A DNA stretch of 60,405 nt, counting the filler, from Ionaspis alba (Eukaryota), in NCBI GenBank assembly GCA_964255285.1. It is 9 parts of 9 records of this genome, joined end to end, with 100 filler letters (N's around TTAATTAATTAA, not from the genome) between each part and the next. Parts side by side here need not be neighbours in the genome. Positions count along the whole stretch, not along the records: positions 47,101 to 53,703 come from CAXUUL010000905.1; positions 53,804 to 60,405 come from CAXUUL010000906.1; 7 more parts are not named here. One strand, given 5' to 3'. Each line of letters opens with the position of its first letter. Within the stretch, counting starts at the first letter, position 1. The position numbers and the translations under genes are program-made. The notes under the pieces were generated by a model, which was given only the letters and a program-made list of their open reading frames with translations, was not told the origin of the DNA and searched no databases. Shown piece after piece: positions 49,110 through 60,405 of the stretch.

Positions 49110-49835
49110 GAGTATTGTCGAAGGGGAGCGGGCTCAAGATAGAGAGAGATAGAGAAACCAGAAAACCGAATGGATAGTTCAATATATAAGAATACGGGCT
49201 GCTGGTAAGAGGAGAAGACACGAGGAACAGCCATATTAATACTTGACCTTTCTCAGCCATCATGACCAAGGGGAAACAATATTTGAGATACTCTGCATAA
49301 CAACTTCACACAGCCAGGGCCCTCGACGAGACCGATATCAATCAACCGTAGTCATAGACGAGGCGAAGGATGAGGTATTTGGAAAGACAGACGATCATCT
49401 CGCGCGCAGTTTCAAGAAAAGTCACAGTAGGAATATCCGGACTAAGAAAGCCGATTCTGATTGGGCACAGCCTCAACGTGCATGTACTCTTTGAAATGCA
49501 GACCTTATCTCGCTTGCCATTGATCGCTATAGTAGGTAGGATAGAGAATAGCTTCAGCTCTTGTCTTGCTGCCAGGGGACAAAGGACCCCAATTGCAGGT
49601 ATTTGAAATATTGGATGCCTAACCGTCTCGGAGTCTTACCCGCCGTGACTAGGATCGTGCCTTGCAGCGTCACACAGCCAAACTCGTGCCGACTCGGTTG
49701 ATTTGAAAAAGATTCTTGAACAGTCGGCAAGATGGTCAACGATAGTAATTACATTTGTCCAATCAAATACTCAAAAGAAGGTCATCATAGGATACTTCGT
49801 CGTAGTACGCCTCGACAGTCGTGACTGTGAATTTT

Positions 49836-49853
49836 TGAGCACGGCTGAGCACA
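49836..49853 (-). promoter_or_regulatory. Candidate tandem copper-response elements (TGTGCTCA + CGTGCTCA)
   Basis: Two GTGCTCA cores 10 bp apart, about 740 bp upstream of the MFS start. They resemble Mac1/Cuf1-type GCTC elements. Confidence 0.3.
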
Positions 49854-49889
49854 ATGTGGACCAGCCAGAGGCCGAACAACGGATACGAG

Positions 49890-49989
49890 NNNNNNNNNNN
49901 NNNNNNNNNNNNNNNNNNNNNNNNNNNNNNNNNNNNNNNNNNNNNNNNNNNNNNNNNNNNNNNNNNNNNNNNNNNNNNNNNNNNNNNNN
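49890..49989. other. 100-N scaffold gap flanked by an exact 55-bp duplication (assembler artefact)
   Basis: 49835-49889 is identical to 49990-50044. Confidence 0.93.
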
Positions 49990-50915
49990 TTGAGCACGGC
50001 TGAGCACAATGTGGACCAGCCAGAGGCCGAACAACGGATACGAGGGCTGTTACAGCTGTCCAAACCTGGAAGCAATCCAATTGACAATGGACGAGCTTAG
50101 CATGGGGCTTTGTTCTCGGAGCAAGATCTCGTCTTCTCCGATGCTCTGCCATCCCTAGATCGGAGCATATATTGGCTCACTGCGAAAGGAAGAGTAAAAC
50201 ATCCTGGAACCCAGGAGCTCAGCGACCTAGGAGACGCTCTGCTATAACTGCATTCTTGACCGTTTGTCTCCACGACGAGTCCTTGCTGCTGCGTGACCAG
50301 AGCGTCTCCCCTCAGCGACAGCCTTGTTGCTAGTAATATAATCAATGAGGACTGAATAAACCGAATTGCAATAGCAGTGTACCTCTGCCCAGTAGGAAAT
50401 CATGTGTGAGCAAGAAGTTGAGTGTTGGAAAGCGATTTTGAATTAGTCAGTGAAACAGGCTTGGCGGTGCGCTCTGTGAGGTCCAAAACTGTTTGTTGTG
50501 GCGCAGCAACCTCGCAATATTCCAACCACCAAAGCTTTTCTGAATAACTGGCCCCAAACCATTAGGTTTGAGCCTTCTGCAGTTGCAATGACGCTCACAA
50601 TGGATAGACTCACACTTATGCCTATCGTTGCTCGGCCATTGCAATCCGAGGATGTTGCTGTTCCTGTTTTTCTAAGGTTGCCTCACCGCAGTCATTGCAA
50701 CGTGCCAACGCTGCAACCAACCTCCAACCAAGAGAGGATCGTCTATCGGACGGCCGATGGTTGGCTTGTAGTGGGTTATGCCTAAGCAATGAACCATATC
50801 TTCCTCGCCTGCCCTGTCACTTCCCAAGACCACTCTGGATAGTCTGTGTATTCTTGTACCCATATAGCTCTTTGATTTAGTATCTTTTGCGGGTCAAAAG
50901 ATAACTTTGCCCGTC

Positions 50916-52216
50916 ATGTCTAATTGTGAGTCCCTCCATCCATCAAATGCTCAAGCTCAGTAGAGGCTAATAGGCATCTAGCAACTGAGAACTCGACCTC
51001 GACAATGGGCAATGTATGGTTCGGCTACGACCCGTCCATGCCGATGGCTTGGATAGGCGGTATCCTCTTTACCATCTCCGCTATTATCCACGTGATTCAA
51101 TATGTTCGACATAGAGCATTCTACCTCTACCTCTTCTTGCTCGGCGCGTTCATGGAAGTGGCAGGCTACTGGACTCGGGTGATCGCTATCAAAGACATAA
51201 GGAATAATGGTGCCAACTCGTTGACATGGTTACTCGCAACGTAAGTATCATGATCTACTGCTGCTATAGTATCGCGCTGAGTCTAGCGCTACAGTCTTGC
51301 CCCTTCCTTCCTCGCAGCCGCTTGTTACATGACATTCGGCCGTATCGTCTATTGGGCAACTCCAGAGAATCGTCGTAGCGTCCGGTACCTTTGGATTCCG
51401 GCTCGATACATTACCTTGTTCTTTGTTTCTTTTGACATACTATCCTTCCTAGTAAAAGCTATTGGGGTACTCGTGATGATTGCTCATCTGAATAAAAACG
51501 ATCAGAGTGAAGAAGATCGGAAGAACGCTTTGACGATGACATATGACATCTTGAGAGTCGGATTCATCATGCAACTCATTGTGTTCGGAACTTTCATGCT
51601 GATCGCTTTCAAATTCATGTTCTCGAGCAAGAATTGGAGGTTTGACTGGCCGGAACGAGGAAGTGGGAAATGGAGGAAGATGGCTTGGACTGTCGTTGCC
51701 GCGGCGTTCTTGATTTTTGTGAGTCGAATTACAACCGCATTGCTGACGACCTTATACTGATTGTGGTAGGGTCGAACTCTCTATCGATGCCTCCAATTCT
51801 CGCTCAACCGAGGAGTCAACTATATCATGAGCCACGAATGGCCTTTCTACCTATTTGACATGGTTCTCATTCTGTGTGAGTTACGCCAAATAGGATAAAC
51901 GTAACAGAAGTCTGACAGTGAGAGTATAGTGGTTCTAATTGCCTTTAATGCTTTTCATCCTGGAAGCCATATGCCTGCTGAATACACTACCATACGGCAC
52001 GCATACAAGAAGGATGGGTTCAAGGCAGTCTCATCTGCCAAGGAGGTTGAGGAAGAGCAAGTTACCGCCGGATACTCTCGTGTTTCCTTAGTGCCACCTC
52101 CATTGGCTCCACAGCCGAATCAACCTGCTCCACCCATGAACCACATTCCACCCTCCTCGATGAATTTCTCGGACCCATGGAACAATCGGCCTTCGCCTGG
52201 AGCTGACCGCTATTGA
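50916..52216 (+). CDS. RTA1-like (lipid-translocating exporter family) 7-TM protein, about 5 exons
   Basis: YDPS..., MEVAGYWTR, LAPSFLAAACYMTFGRIV, FVSFDILSF, GFIMQL, RTLYR..F..HEWPFYLFD and FHPG. Confidence 0.88.
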
Positions 52217-54754
52217 GCACCGAGAGTGAGACGAGGTCAACAAAATGTAAGCAGTCGCATCCATACGGGAACAATGATGGTCCCTATAGTGGTGCTGCAA
52301 AGAAAAGTCCATTTAGGCGTTTCCGGATGGAGTTACGTGCCGACAACGTAGGCAAGACGGTTAATGTAAGCCCGGCAAGCCAGATGAGAGTAGTATAGAA
52401 TGCAGGTGCAAATTATAGAGATAATGAGAGACAGTTCTATCAGAGCCTTATCAGTTGTTCATTCTATATATACGCATCCCCTAGCAATTTGTATTCAACC
52501 TATGGACGAAACGATGTCACCCACGGCCTTATTTCGTGAACATCGCCAATAGCAGCATTCGCTTGAAAATCGTACAGCTTCGAAATCCTGTGAAATGGCT
52601 ACCTGACTGGTATGCTGGCGACTGAGATGAGTAGACAACGGGCTAACCCCTGAACTTAGGGGTGGCCCGGCTCAAACGCCAAGCATTGAGATCGAAGCTT
52701 CGTACTAATTTGATCCAGACTACAAGTATCCTCCTCATCTAACAGGCAACCTCAAAGTTGGGAGACGTGGGGGGTGGTTTTGTTGCGGAGTGGCCAGAGA
52801 TGGTGCCATTATCTCTAGCGCTAGCTTCTGCAAACAAAAGACAGAGTAGGGTTTTACGGACTAGTAAGTAGAGCAACGAGGTTAGAGAGAATTTTTGGCT
52901 ACTGGAGCAGCCAAACAAGAGGCGAAAAAACTCATACTGGAGTTGTCTGGCAAGAAGTATTACATAACAAATGCCTTCCCATGCATAGTACGACATCCTC
53001 TGGCCACGTTTAACAGGCTTGGCGCAATGATGGAACGGTTTTACGTAAGATTACTTGGTTGCGATGACAGGTTTGCCACGAAGTTCAGCAGATACAACTT
53101 TCGTGGCCGTTGCTCGTCACCGATCTATACATTAGAACGGCATGCCGGATATCTCGTGCAGGTTGAGGAAGGGGATTTGGGCGCTTAAGAGAGCAGAAAC
53201 ACGACTCGGACCTCGGCTATGGAGGCGCTGGCGCGGGATGACGTGGGCGGTCACACGAGGGTTACAAACAAAGCGGAAACTGTTTGGGGCTGGTGTTAAC
53301 TATTCGAGCCGTTCCATTTATTTTGCACACCGCGTAGCTGTATCGGGCAGGGTGACCTCCATTCTTGGAGACACTCGAACTCCAGAAAGGTGGGATCGGA
53401 GACAAGGTTTGTGTCGTACTCGGTGGGTTCTGTTGGATGCTCTGCCTCTGCAGAGACTCGATCTCCATGTACAAGAATGCAAAGATTGACATGAGCGGTC
53501 GTTGCGAATGCATCTTTCTCGTTCTTGTAGCTGAATATACTCATTATTTCTACCGCAACTTGAGGATGAGATTGATCCGAGTGGGGTGTGACCAGGCAAG
53601 ACGAGACCATCAGTATAGTTTCATGTTACAGCACTCCATAGCGCTCAGAAGGCAATCGGTCTGAGCTACGCGGCCTAATCCGCAAAGTTGGATCCAACCG
53701 CCCNNNNNNNNNNNNNNNNNNNNNNNNNNNNNNNNNNNNNNNNNNNNTTAATTAATTAANNNNNNNNNNNNNNNNNNNNNNNNNNNNNNNNNNNNNNNNN
53801 NNNTTCACATAGGGCCTCACTTCGCGAGCAAGAGCACCAAAAACGATCTCAACGACGACTGCATATGTTGTCGCTCCATTAATATCTACCTCCCTCACTC
53901 TCACAGAAAATGGTATTTTGCTTCCCCCTCTCTTCAACAAACGGCCTCTTTTCCAGCCAAATCAACAGCTAATATACAGAGAGCCATCTCCTCTCTCCCC
54001 AATCGCATGTCAACAATCTCTCACCTCTCACTCACTCTCTCATTCGCTCTTTTTCACCAATGCAAACAATGCAGTCACCCCCACCACCGACACACAAACA
54101 CACAACACTCGCAAACCAAGTAATTGCATGCGTCGAAGCCTACAAAAGTTGTGATATAGAAGAGGTAAAGAACCGGGGGAGGTTACAATCAACAACAAAT
54201 AACCCGCCGAAGACGCTTTCTGATGCAAGATATTAAGGTAGAATGGCTGTCTCTCTCTCTCTCGCGTGTACTGTTATTTTTTGGTGGAAAAAAAAACTGG
54301 GACAAAATAGTGGTCTCGTGTACGTAAATGTGCGAACGCCGTGAGGGAATCGTGTACGTCTCGGAGGCGTGCGTCGCCGATGTGGAAATTGGTCTATTCG
54401 TCATTAGAGTATCTTGTGGGAAATAAGATGGTTGCGACTGTTTCCTTCACTCGGTGTTTTCGAGGAAAGGGTGATATGAGTCGCTGGAAAATGCCGAGTT
54501 TGTGTGTGTACTGTTGTTGCCGAATGTATTGAGTAGAGAAAATGGATGTTTTTCGAATCGCATGCCGAAGCTGGGAATGAAGAGGAGGGCAAAATGTTGG
54601 AGGTCGAAGAGGCGGAGTCGTGCATGACATAGCGACGATGAGTGGTCTGAGTTGCTGAGGTTATCGAGAAAAGCACGTTGCTGACATGCTATACCGGACT
54701 AGCACAGCAACATTCGTCATTCTCAGTCATCGTGGTCGCTGCCGACATCCACAA

Positions 54755-57370
54755 TCATCTAACGCCGATCTGTCGTCGAGGCCCCAGACTGCTCTGGCTG
54801 CTATGGGCCGAATTCTCCGAATCTATGAGAGCGCTGGCACCACTATCACCACTCCCCGCGCTAGCGCTCGCACTACCCGTCAGACTGCGTACGTTTTGAA
54901 ATAGAGGCCTTTTATTGGGTGGGTATTGGTTGCTCACCCCAGCATGTTGCTCGACCTGATGCGGTGCCACCGCGTTGCCCTGTCCAGGCGGGTGTCTGGG
55001 TACTGGTTGTCGCATCATGCCCGGTAGCGATGGTCCGCCGTTGCCTGACATGCCGTTCGGCGTCAGGTAGCCATCGCCGGGTGGTGACGGTCTGCCGTGA
55101 GGTCTGCGCCCGGGGTTGAAGGGGTCGCCAGGTGAGAGACTTGCGCGGCGAGGGCTTGGGTATGCGCCGTTCATGCCGGCGTTGTTGCCTGCACCCTGGA
55201 GCTCTGCCAGCCGCTCCCTCGTCAAGGAATTTGTTCGTGATTCATCGCTCATGACTTTTCTGTCGACATTGCCATATCGATTGGACGAGTATCCCATCAA
55301 AGGATTCTCCATCAGAGGCTCATGCAAGCCCGGAACATCCGACATCAGCCGCGAAGATCCTCTATTTCGAGGCATCCCTGGGCGTGGTCCTTGATATGAA
55401 TGAGCACGCGCGCCTTGTCCTCCACCCATGGCTTGTATTTCGGGATTTTTCCGCAACTGACCCGCGCTCGGAGTCTTTCGATTTCGACGAGATGTAACAC
55501 TCATCATGTCGAAGTTGTCAGGATCGATTTGAGGAATAGGCGGTCCACCAGGAGCCATCGGATCGAAGTAATCATCCTCATCGTCATCATCGTCAAATCC
55601 GCCCCGATGTGATGGAGGTGCTCTTCGTGGTCCATTTCTTCTCATGCCATACTCCTGTTCTCTCATCTGCACTTCACGTTCCCGCAACATGAGTTCTCGC
55701 TCTCTCTGGGTCAGCTGGGATGGGCCATTCCCATTAGGCATGTTGGGATACCCTGGTACCACGTCGCCTTCTGGAATATCGTCATACAGGACGACGTGGC
55801 TGAACTCTTCGAGGTCGTTATTGTCAAAAGAAGTGCGCCTTGACAGTTGATTTGGAGGAGGTCCACGCGGATATCCGTTCGGTGGGCGAGGAGGATACCC
55901 GTTCATTGGAGGAGGACCTCTTCGCATAGGCGGGCCCATGGATGGTCTTCTCGCTCCATTCGGCGGCCCGCCGTTCATTCCACCATTCATCGGACCATTC
56001 ATCGGTGGTCTGGGAGGAGGTCCTGAAGACAGTCTAGGCCCGTTCGGATAACCAGCAGCGGAGTTGGGTGAAGTGGAGAGAGGTGGTCTGCTTTGATTGA
56101 GGATGTTGCAGTTGTGAAGGAGCGAGTAGAGGGTTTCGATTCGAGGGACTTTAACACCAGCGGCTTCTGCAAGCTTGATAGGCGATCCGAGATATGTCTC
56201 AACCTCCATAGGTCGTCTTGCCGAGAAATCCTGATACATGATGCTGTTTGTATCTGTTGGCTTGAGCATGGTCTGGATCGTCTTGTCCTTGAAATCGCTG
56301 GGAAAGGTACAGCCTTGGACTGTTGCTATCTGCAGCAATTCGCTGATGACGTCCGATACCAAGGACCGAACCCCAACTTTTCCGATCAGGTCGGTGTGGG
56401 AGGGTGTCTCGAATAGAACGCTGGCTGGGTGGAAGGCGATCGGACTAGAGAACGTTAGCTTGATGATCATGCCAATACAACAGACGAATCATACCCAATC
56501 ATCCGCTCGTATTGCTGCTGTCTGATGTTTGTTGAGACCTTGCAGTCAACTCTGCCTGTGCTTAGCGTCATGGCAAGAGCTTCCGCCATGTCGTTCTGTA
56601 TCGAAGCTGGTATAGATGGGTTCTTGTTGGCTGGTCCAACCCAGATATCTGTTGCGCCAAGGTGCTCAAACTCGCTGGCTCCAAGCTGTGTAATCTCTGC
56701 ACCTGAGACCAAAGATAACACCACATTGGTGGGAAACCTTTCCTCCAGATGTGACTCCACTCCCAATGTATGTGTGGTATTGACGAGGATGCAGGTGTGC
56801 TGTGGAGTGACAACAGATTCAATGACAGCGGCCAGGTCGTAGACGTCTGGTAGAGCTTTGACGCAAAGGAGGACATAATCGAAGGGTGTTTTTGTGCCGG
56901 CTGCATCTTCTGGTGTTCTCACCACTATGAAATGCTCAGTACTCGTCAGTGGGATTGGAGTCATGTCGACTCACCTTGCCGTGGCTTGAAGCGCTCATTC
57001 CCGAACAGTTTCGACCTAGCCACGGTATTAGGACCTCGATTCAAAGCTTTGATGGTGAACTCTGATGTTTTAGCTCACTTGAACGATATGCCATATTGTG
57101 AGACGGACTCAAATCCAGACTTCCACACTAGTGTTACGTCGCAGGCATTGGTAGCTTGCAGCCGCCATGATAGGAAAGCTGATACCGCATTACCGCCAAC
57201 TATACAATGTTTGTTAGCCCTCGGAGCCATTGCAATATGTGAAGCATCCAAAAATGAGATGTGATTTTCGTGAATGTGAGATGTGAGGCGGGCGGCCGCG
57301 GACGCATATGATTGCGTCGGGTGAAGCACGTACCTGAAAGTATGCGGAGTCTCGGCGGAGAAGGAGCCAT
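54755..57370 (-). CDS. Ketopantoate-reductase (ApbA/PanE)-fold protein with long low-complexity C-terminus (Svl3/Pam1-like), multi-exon
   Basis: The spliced product reads MAPSPPRLRILS/VGGNAVSAFLSWRL..FDYVLLCVKALP..SIMYQDFSARRPMEVETYLG..VPRIETLY, followed by about 440 aa rich in P/G/R/N/M. Confidence 0.85.
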
Positions 57371-60300
57371 TGCGTCGCCACAAACTACCTAGCACGCGCA
57401 GAGCAACTGAAATTATGTCGCTACTACCGTGGCCAGTTCGACAAGCAGTAGATCACAACGCGGCGATTACTGTATCGACTTCGTTGTCGTGTGAACGGAA
57501 GATGCTCTGGGAAAATTGCGCTGAAGTAAAAACTGACAGTAGCCCCCCTCGGGATTATCGAAGACAACGCGACCAGTAGCGAACGTAGTAAGAGAAGCAA
57601 GCCGTATGTTAGATCAGATGGTAAAGAATGACCGGGCAATTTTTCGGGTGGGTATCTGGGTCGTTGCTGAGAAGTCCGTTTGACTTTCTCTCCTAATAAC
57701 GAATCTTAACGGTCGGGCAGCACACGCCAATCTCGATTCGGCAATCACGGATGGGGGGAGAGTGAAGGACCGTTGAGCCGAGCTGCTGTGGTTCCACCAG
57801 ACATGTAGTATGTGTAGAAGATGATCGCGAAGACGGAAAAGCGAGTGGACTGCGATATGCGGAGGATGTTGAGGTTGGTAGTCGGAGGTGGTAAGGGACA
57901 AAAAAATAAAGATGTGTGAAAGGGACTCCAGGCGTTTTGGGGATGATTATTTGCTGGTTGTGTCAGGGAGGATTGGGGTTGGATGGCTCTGCCGGTCGAA
58001 GCTAGCTTCAGGCAGGGAACCAGCAAAGATGACGGGGATGGAGTCGGCAACGGCAGGGGCTTGTGGTCGTACGAGAATTTTTGGTGGTTGCCTTGCTTGC
58101 TTCTGTTGATCCTGCTGCTATGCTTAACGTTTTTCTTCGTTTCTTCGTTTCTTTGTACCACCTGACCGTGTTCGCTGTGTCTGTGCTGTGGGGTGTCGCA
58201 GTGGAAGGAACGGCCTCGGATTATTATGTCCGGCCGTTGAGGCTTGACAGTTTGAAACGAAAGGGGCTACGTAAAGTGACACCAGATAACGGGTTTCAAC
58301 CACAAGTACAGCTATGCCCTTCCCTGGGAGAGCACTGCCCTTTGGAGAAGTGGCAGATGCGGGCAATTTAAGAGGACGTGCAGGTCTCGGTGCGCAGTCG
58401 CAACGTTCCTATTATTTATTCCCTTGCCCCCACGTAGCAGGGTGCATCACCGTTGAGAAGCGCCCAACCTTGGATGAAGTCACGATATACAGAGTGGCGT
58501 GGTGAAGAGTGACATGGCCAATCTGGACTAATCCACAGGAGGCTCTCCTACGTTGCATTACTAGGCACGAAATGGATCACAATCCTCAAGGCCGACGTAA
58601 ATATGGGGCGGCGTTATGGACGAGCGACATTATCAGCAAAGCCGAGAGTCCCTTTAGCAGTACCAAAGGAGGATTGGCGTCATGCAAAAGAAGATTAGTT
58701 GTAGACTAACGTCCGGGAGTTGATTTTAATCTTCTGGGGTTGATGCGAGATGATTTCCAGAAAGTCACAGTCAGCACAAGGTCTCATCCAGGGATTCCTC
58801 TGCCACAACCACTCTAGACCAGGTACTGGATACCTTTCGGTTTTCCGAACTCGTGCTGATGATCCGAAAAAGATGATAGATGTGGCTAAGGTGTGGCGAC
58901 AGCTATTCTTGTGATAATAAGTCATCGCAATCGCGGATGTATCCAGAGCTTCAACTAGACCATTGTCGAAGTCACCGAAGATCGTCAGGTCCCGTCCATC
59001 GTTTCAGCACTCAGAAATAGCAATCCGGCAACTGGTCTATGCAGGGCGAACGGGTGATGCCTCTTAGCCTTTGCGCATCCTCTCGTCGAATTTTTACTTC
59101 TTCGGGATCATGTCATGAGAGTGGTCGTACTTCTAGTGCTCATTTCGCCTGCCACGGACTGACGATCGACCGCTCACCGTTAGGGAGCAGAAGGGACAAC
59201 TTTGGTAGACCCTCGAACCTGGACAGTCTATTTCGGGATTCTCGGAACACCTTCCTTACCACTGCCGAGCAACGCGACGGGGAAGAGTCCATGGTCGAAT
59301 GAAGATCTTCAAGCGATGATCTTTGAGCGACAAAGAGCCTCCCAAGTGACTATTCTGGGTGTCTTTCTAACGACATCGGGATGATTTTGGTACTTTGGTC
59401 CACCATCCAAAGCTCGACGACAACCAAAGAAGAAACCAGGCCTGTAAGCGCGTGCAGCCCAACGACTTGACAGTTCCCCTAAGGCACGCGATGCACGCGC
59501 TGATTGGCGAAGGAGCTTAAAGTGCACATTTCCCATCAAAGTAGGGACCAGATGCAACATGCAGGGCTCGGCACTTGTGACCCTCCGCAGCAGCCTGAGC
59601 CCTGACCACCTCTAAGATTCCTCCCCATCCGCTCCAGTGCAGTACGCAGAATAATCGTCAGTTGTCTTCGCCACCAAAGATCGACAACAACCAAGAGGCG
59701 AAGTTTCTAATCATAGCAATATCATGTTTCAAGTACTATTCAGAAAGCATCATTCTCCATCATTTGTTTCACTTGCTCCTAGGGAATTTCGATCGAAAAT
59801 CGATCTAGACAACCATCCCCATTCTCCCCAACAATTCCACTGACACGTGCAGGCCGAAAACGCCGCCCTCGCACAACATTGCATCCCCCAGCCATGGAAG
59901 ATTAAGAACTTGCCTCCCTTCGCTTCCAGCTGCACGTCTTACTCAAGCCCATTTCATTTCTGACAGGTCCAGCTGTGCGCCAATCGACAAGGTCGAGGCA
60001 TCTGGAAATGAAACGCTGTCCTACATTCGGGCTAGCCCTGCCAGAGCCTGGGCAGAAAGAGGTGTGCCAAGCATTTCAATAAGCGAAAGGAGGCCGGCAA
60101 CTTGACTCGATTGGGGAATGTTGTTGATGCCCTACTTTCCACCTCCATCACTTGTGCTTCTGGAACGGGATAGGTAGCGGTTGATTTGCCGCTTGGGGCG
60201 AGAGTGGGTGTTTGACTACTCCAAGAGGCTTTGCTCCTCGTGGTTGTTATAGGTTGTCTATCGCTATGTACACGTTGGTTTATCTGAACCCGATTTTCTT

Positions 60301-60405
60301 TAATACTCTACGGTCCAAGGTTGACACTGGAAATCTAGTTCTCGTTCATCTTGATCAAGGATGTTTCTTGTGCAGCTCGCGGGAAGGAATTGTTGGATCA
60401 TGGGG

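Noticed and set aside
813..52216. One large biosynthetic cluster combining the TF, SDR, both P450s, both MFS and RTA1
   Set aside because: The genes lie on different contigs, with no evidence of linkage.
52400..53703. Short ORFs downstream of RTA1 as a gene or TE relic
   Set aside because: I found no recognisable domain, consistent splice pattern or terminal repeats.
6644..53803. Regularly spaced TTAATTAATTAA palindromes as a biological repeat or CRISPR-like array
   Set aside because: They are embedded in fixed N runs and cut genes; this is a six-frame-stop linker.
57371..60405. Short ORFs in the 3-kb region upstream of the ApbA-like gene
   Set aside because: None has recognisable homology; the region is most likely 5' UTR, promoter and intergenic DNA.
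1..60405. rRNA, tRNA, CRISPR arrays, intact transposons, telomeric repeats
   Set aside because: None was recognised by eye; tRNAscan-SE, Infernal and RepeatMasker would be needed to exclude them formally.

Overview
This window is eukaryotic DNA from a filamentous ascomycete (Pezizomycotina-type, intron-rich genes), and it is not one locus. It is nine unrelated contigs of about 6.6 kb, sorted by decreasing length and joined by an artificial 100-bp spacer (N44-TTAATTAATTAA-N44). Three internal 100-N scaffold gaps are also present, so gene neighbourhood is only meaningful within a contig. Contents by contig: (1) a secondary-metabolite cluster fragment (MFS efflux pump, SDR, AflR-like Zn2Cys6 regulator); (2) Pet127, Vps68 and a CYP59/StcS-like P450; (3) an AT-rich relic, Rpn13 and an alpha/beta-hydrolase; (4) an NAD-binding protein, a sphingosine/DAG-kinase-like protein, a single-pass membrane protein, an Asteroid/XPG-like nuclease and a DUF676 lipase; (5) a RIP-like HeLo-like pseudogene, a GH72 Gas/Gel, a PLOD-like glycosyltransferase and a Det1-like phosphatase; (6) a HeLo-like N-terminal domain spliced to a degenerate kinase, and a GH43 arabinanase; (7) a P450, an Mx-like dynamin and a Dhr2 helicase; (8) a Met/His-tailed DHA1 MFS transporter divergent from an RTA1 gene; (9) an ApbA/Svl3-like protein. 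The two most interesting candidates are an MLKL-like HeLo-like+pseudokinase fusion (36174-37564), which the ORF track splits in two, and a putative copper-linked MFS transporter with Mac1-like elements upstream (47331-49853). Family calls come from motif recognition only; no searches were run.
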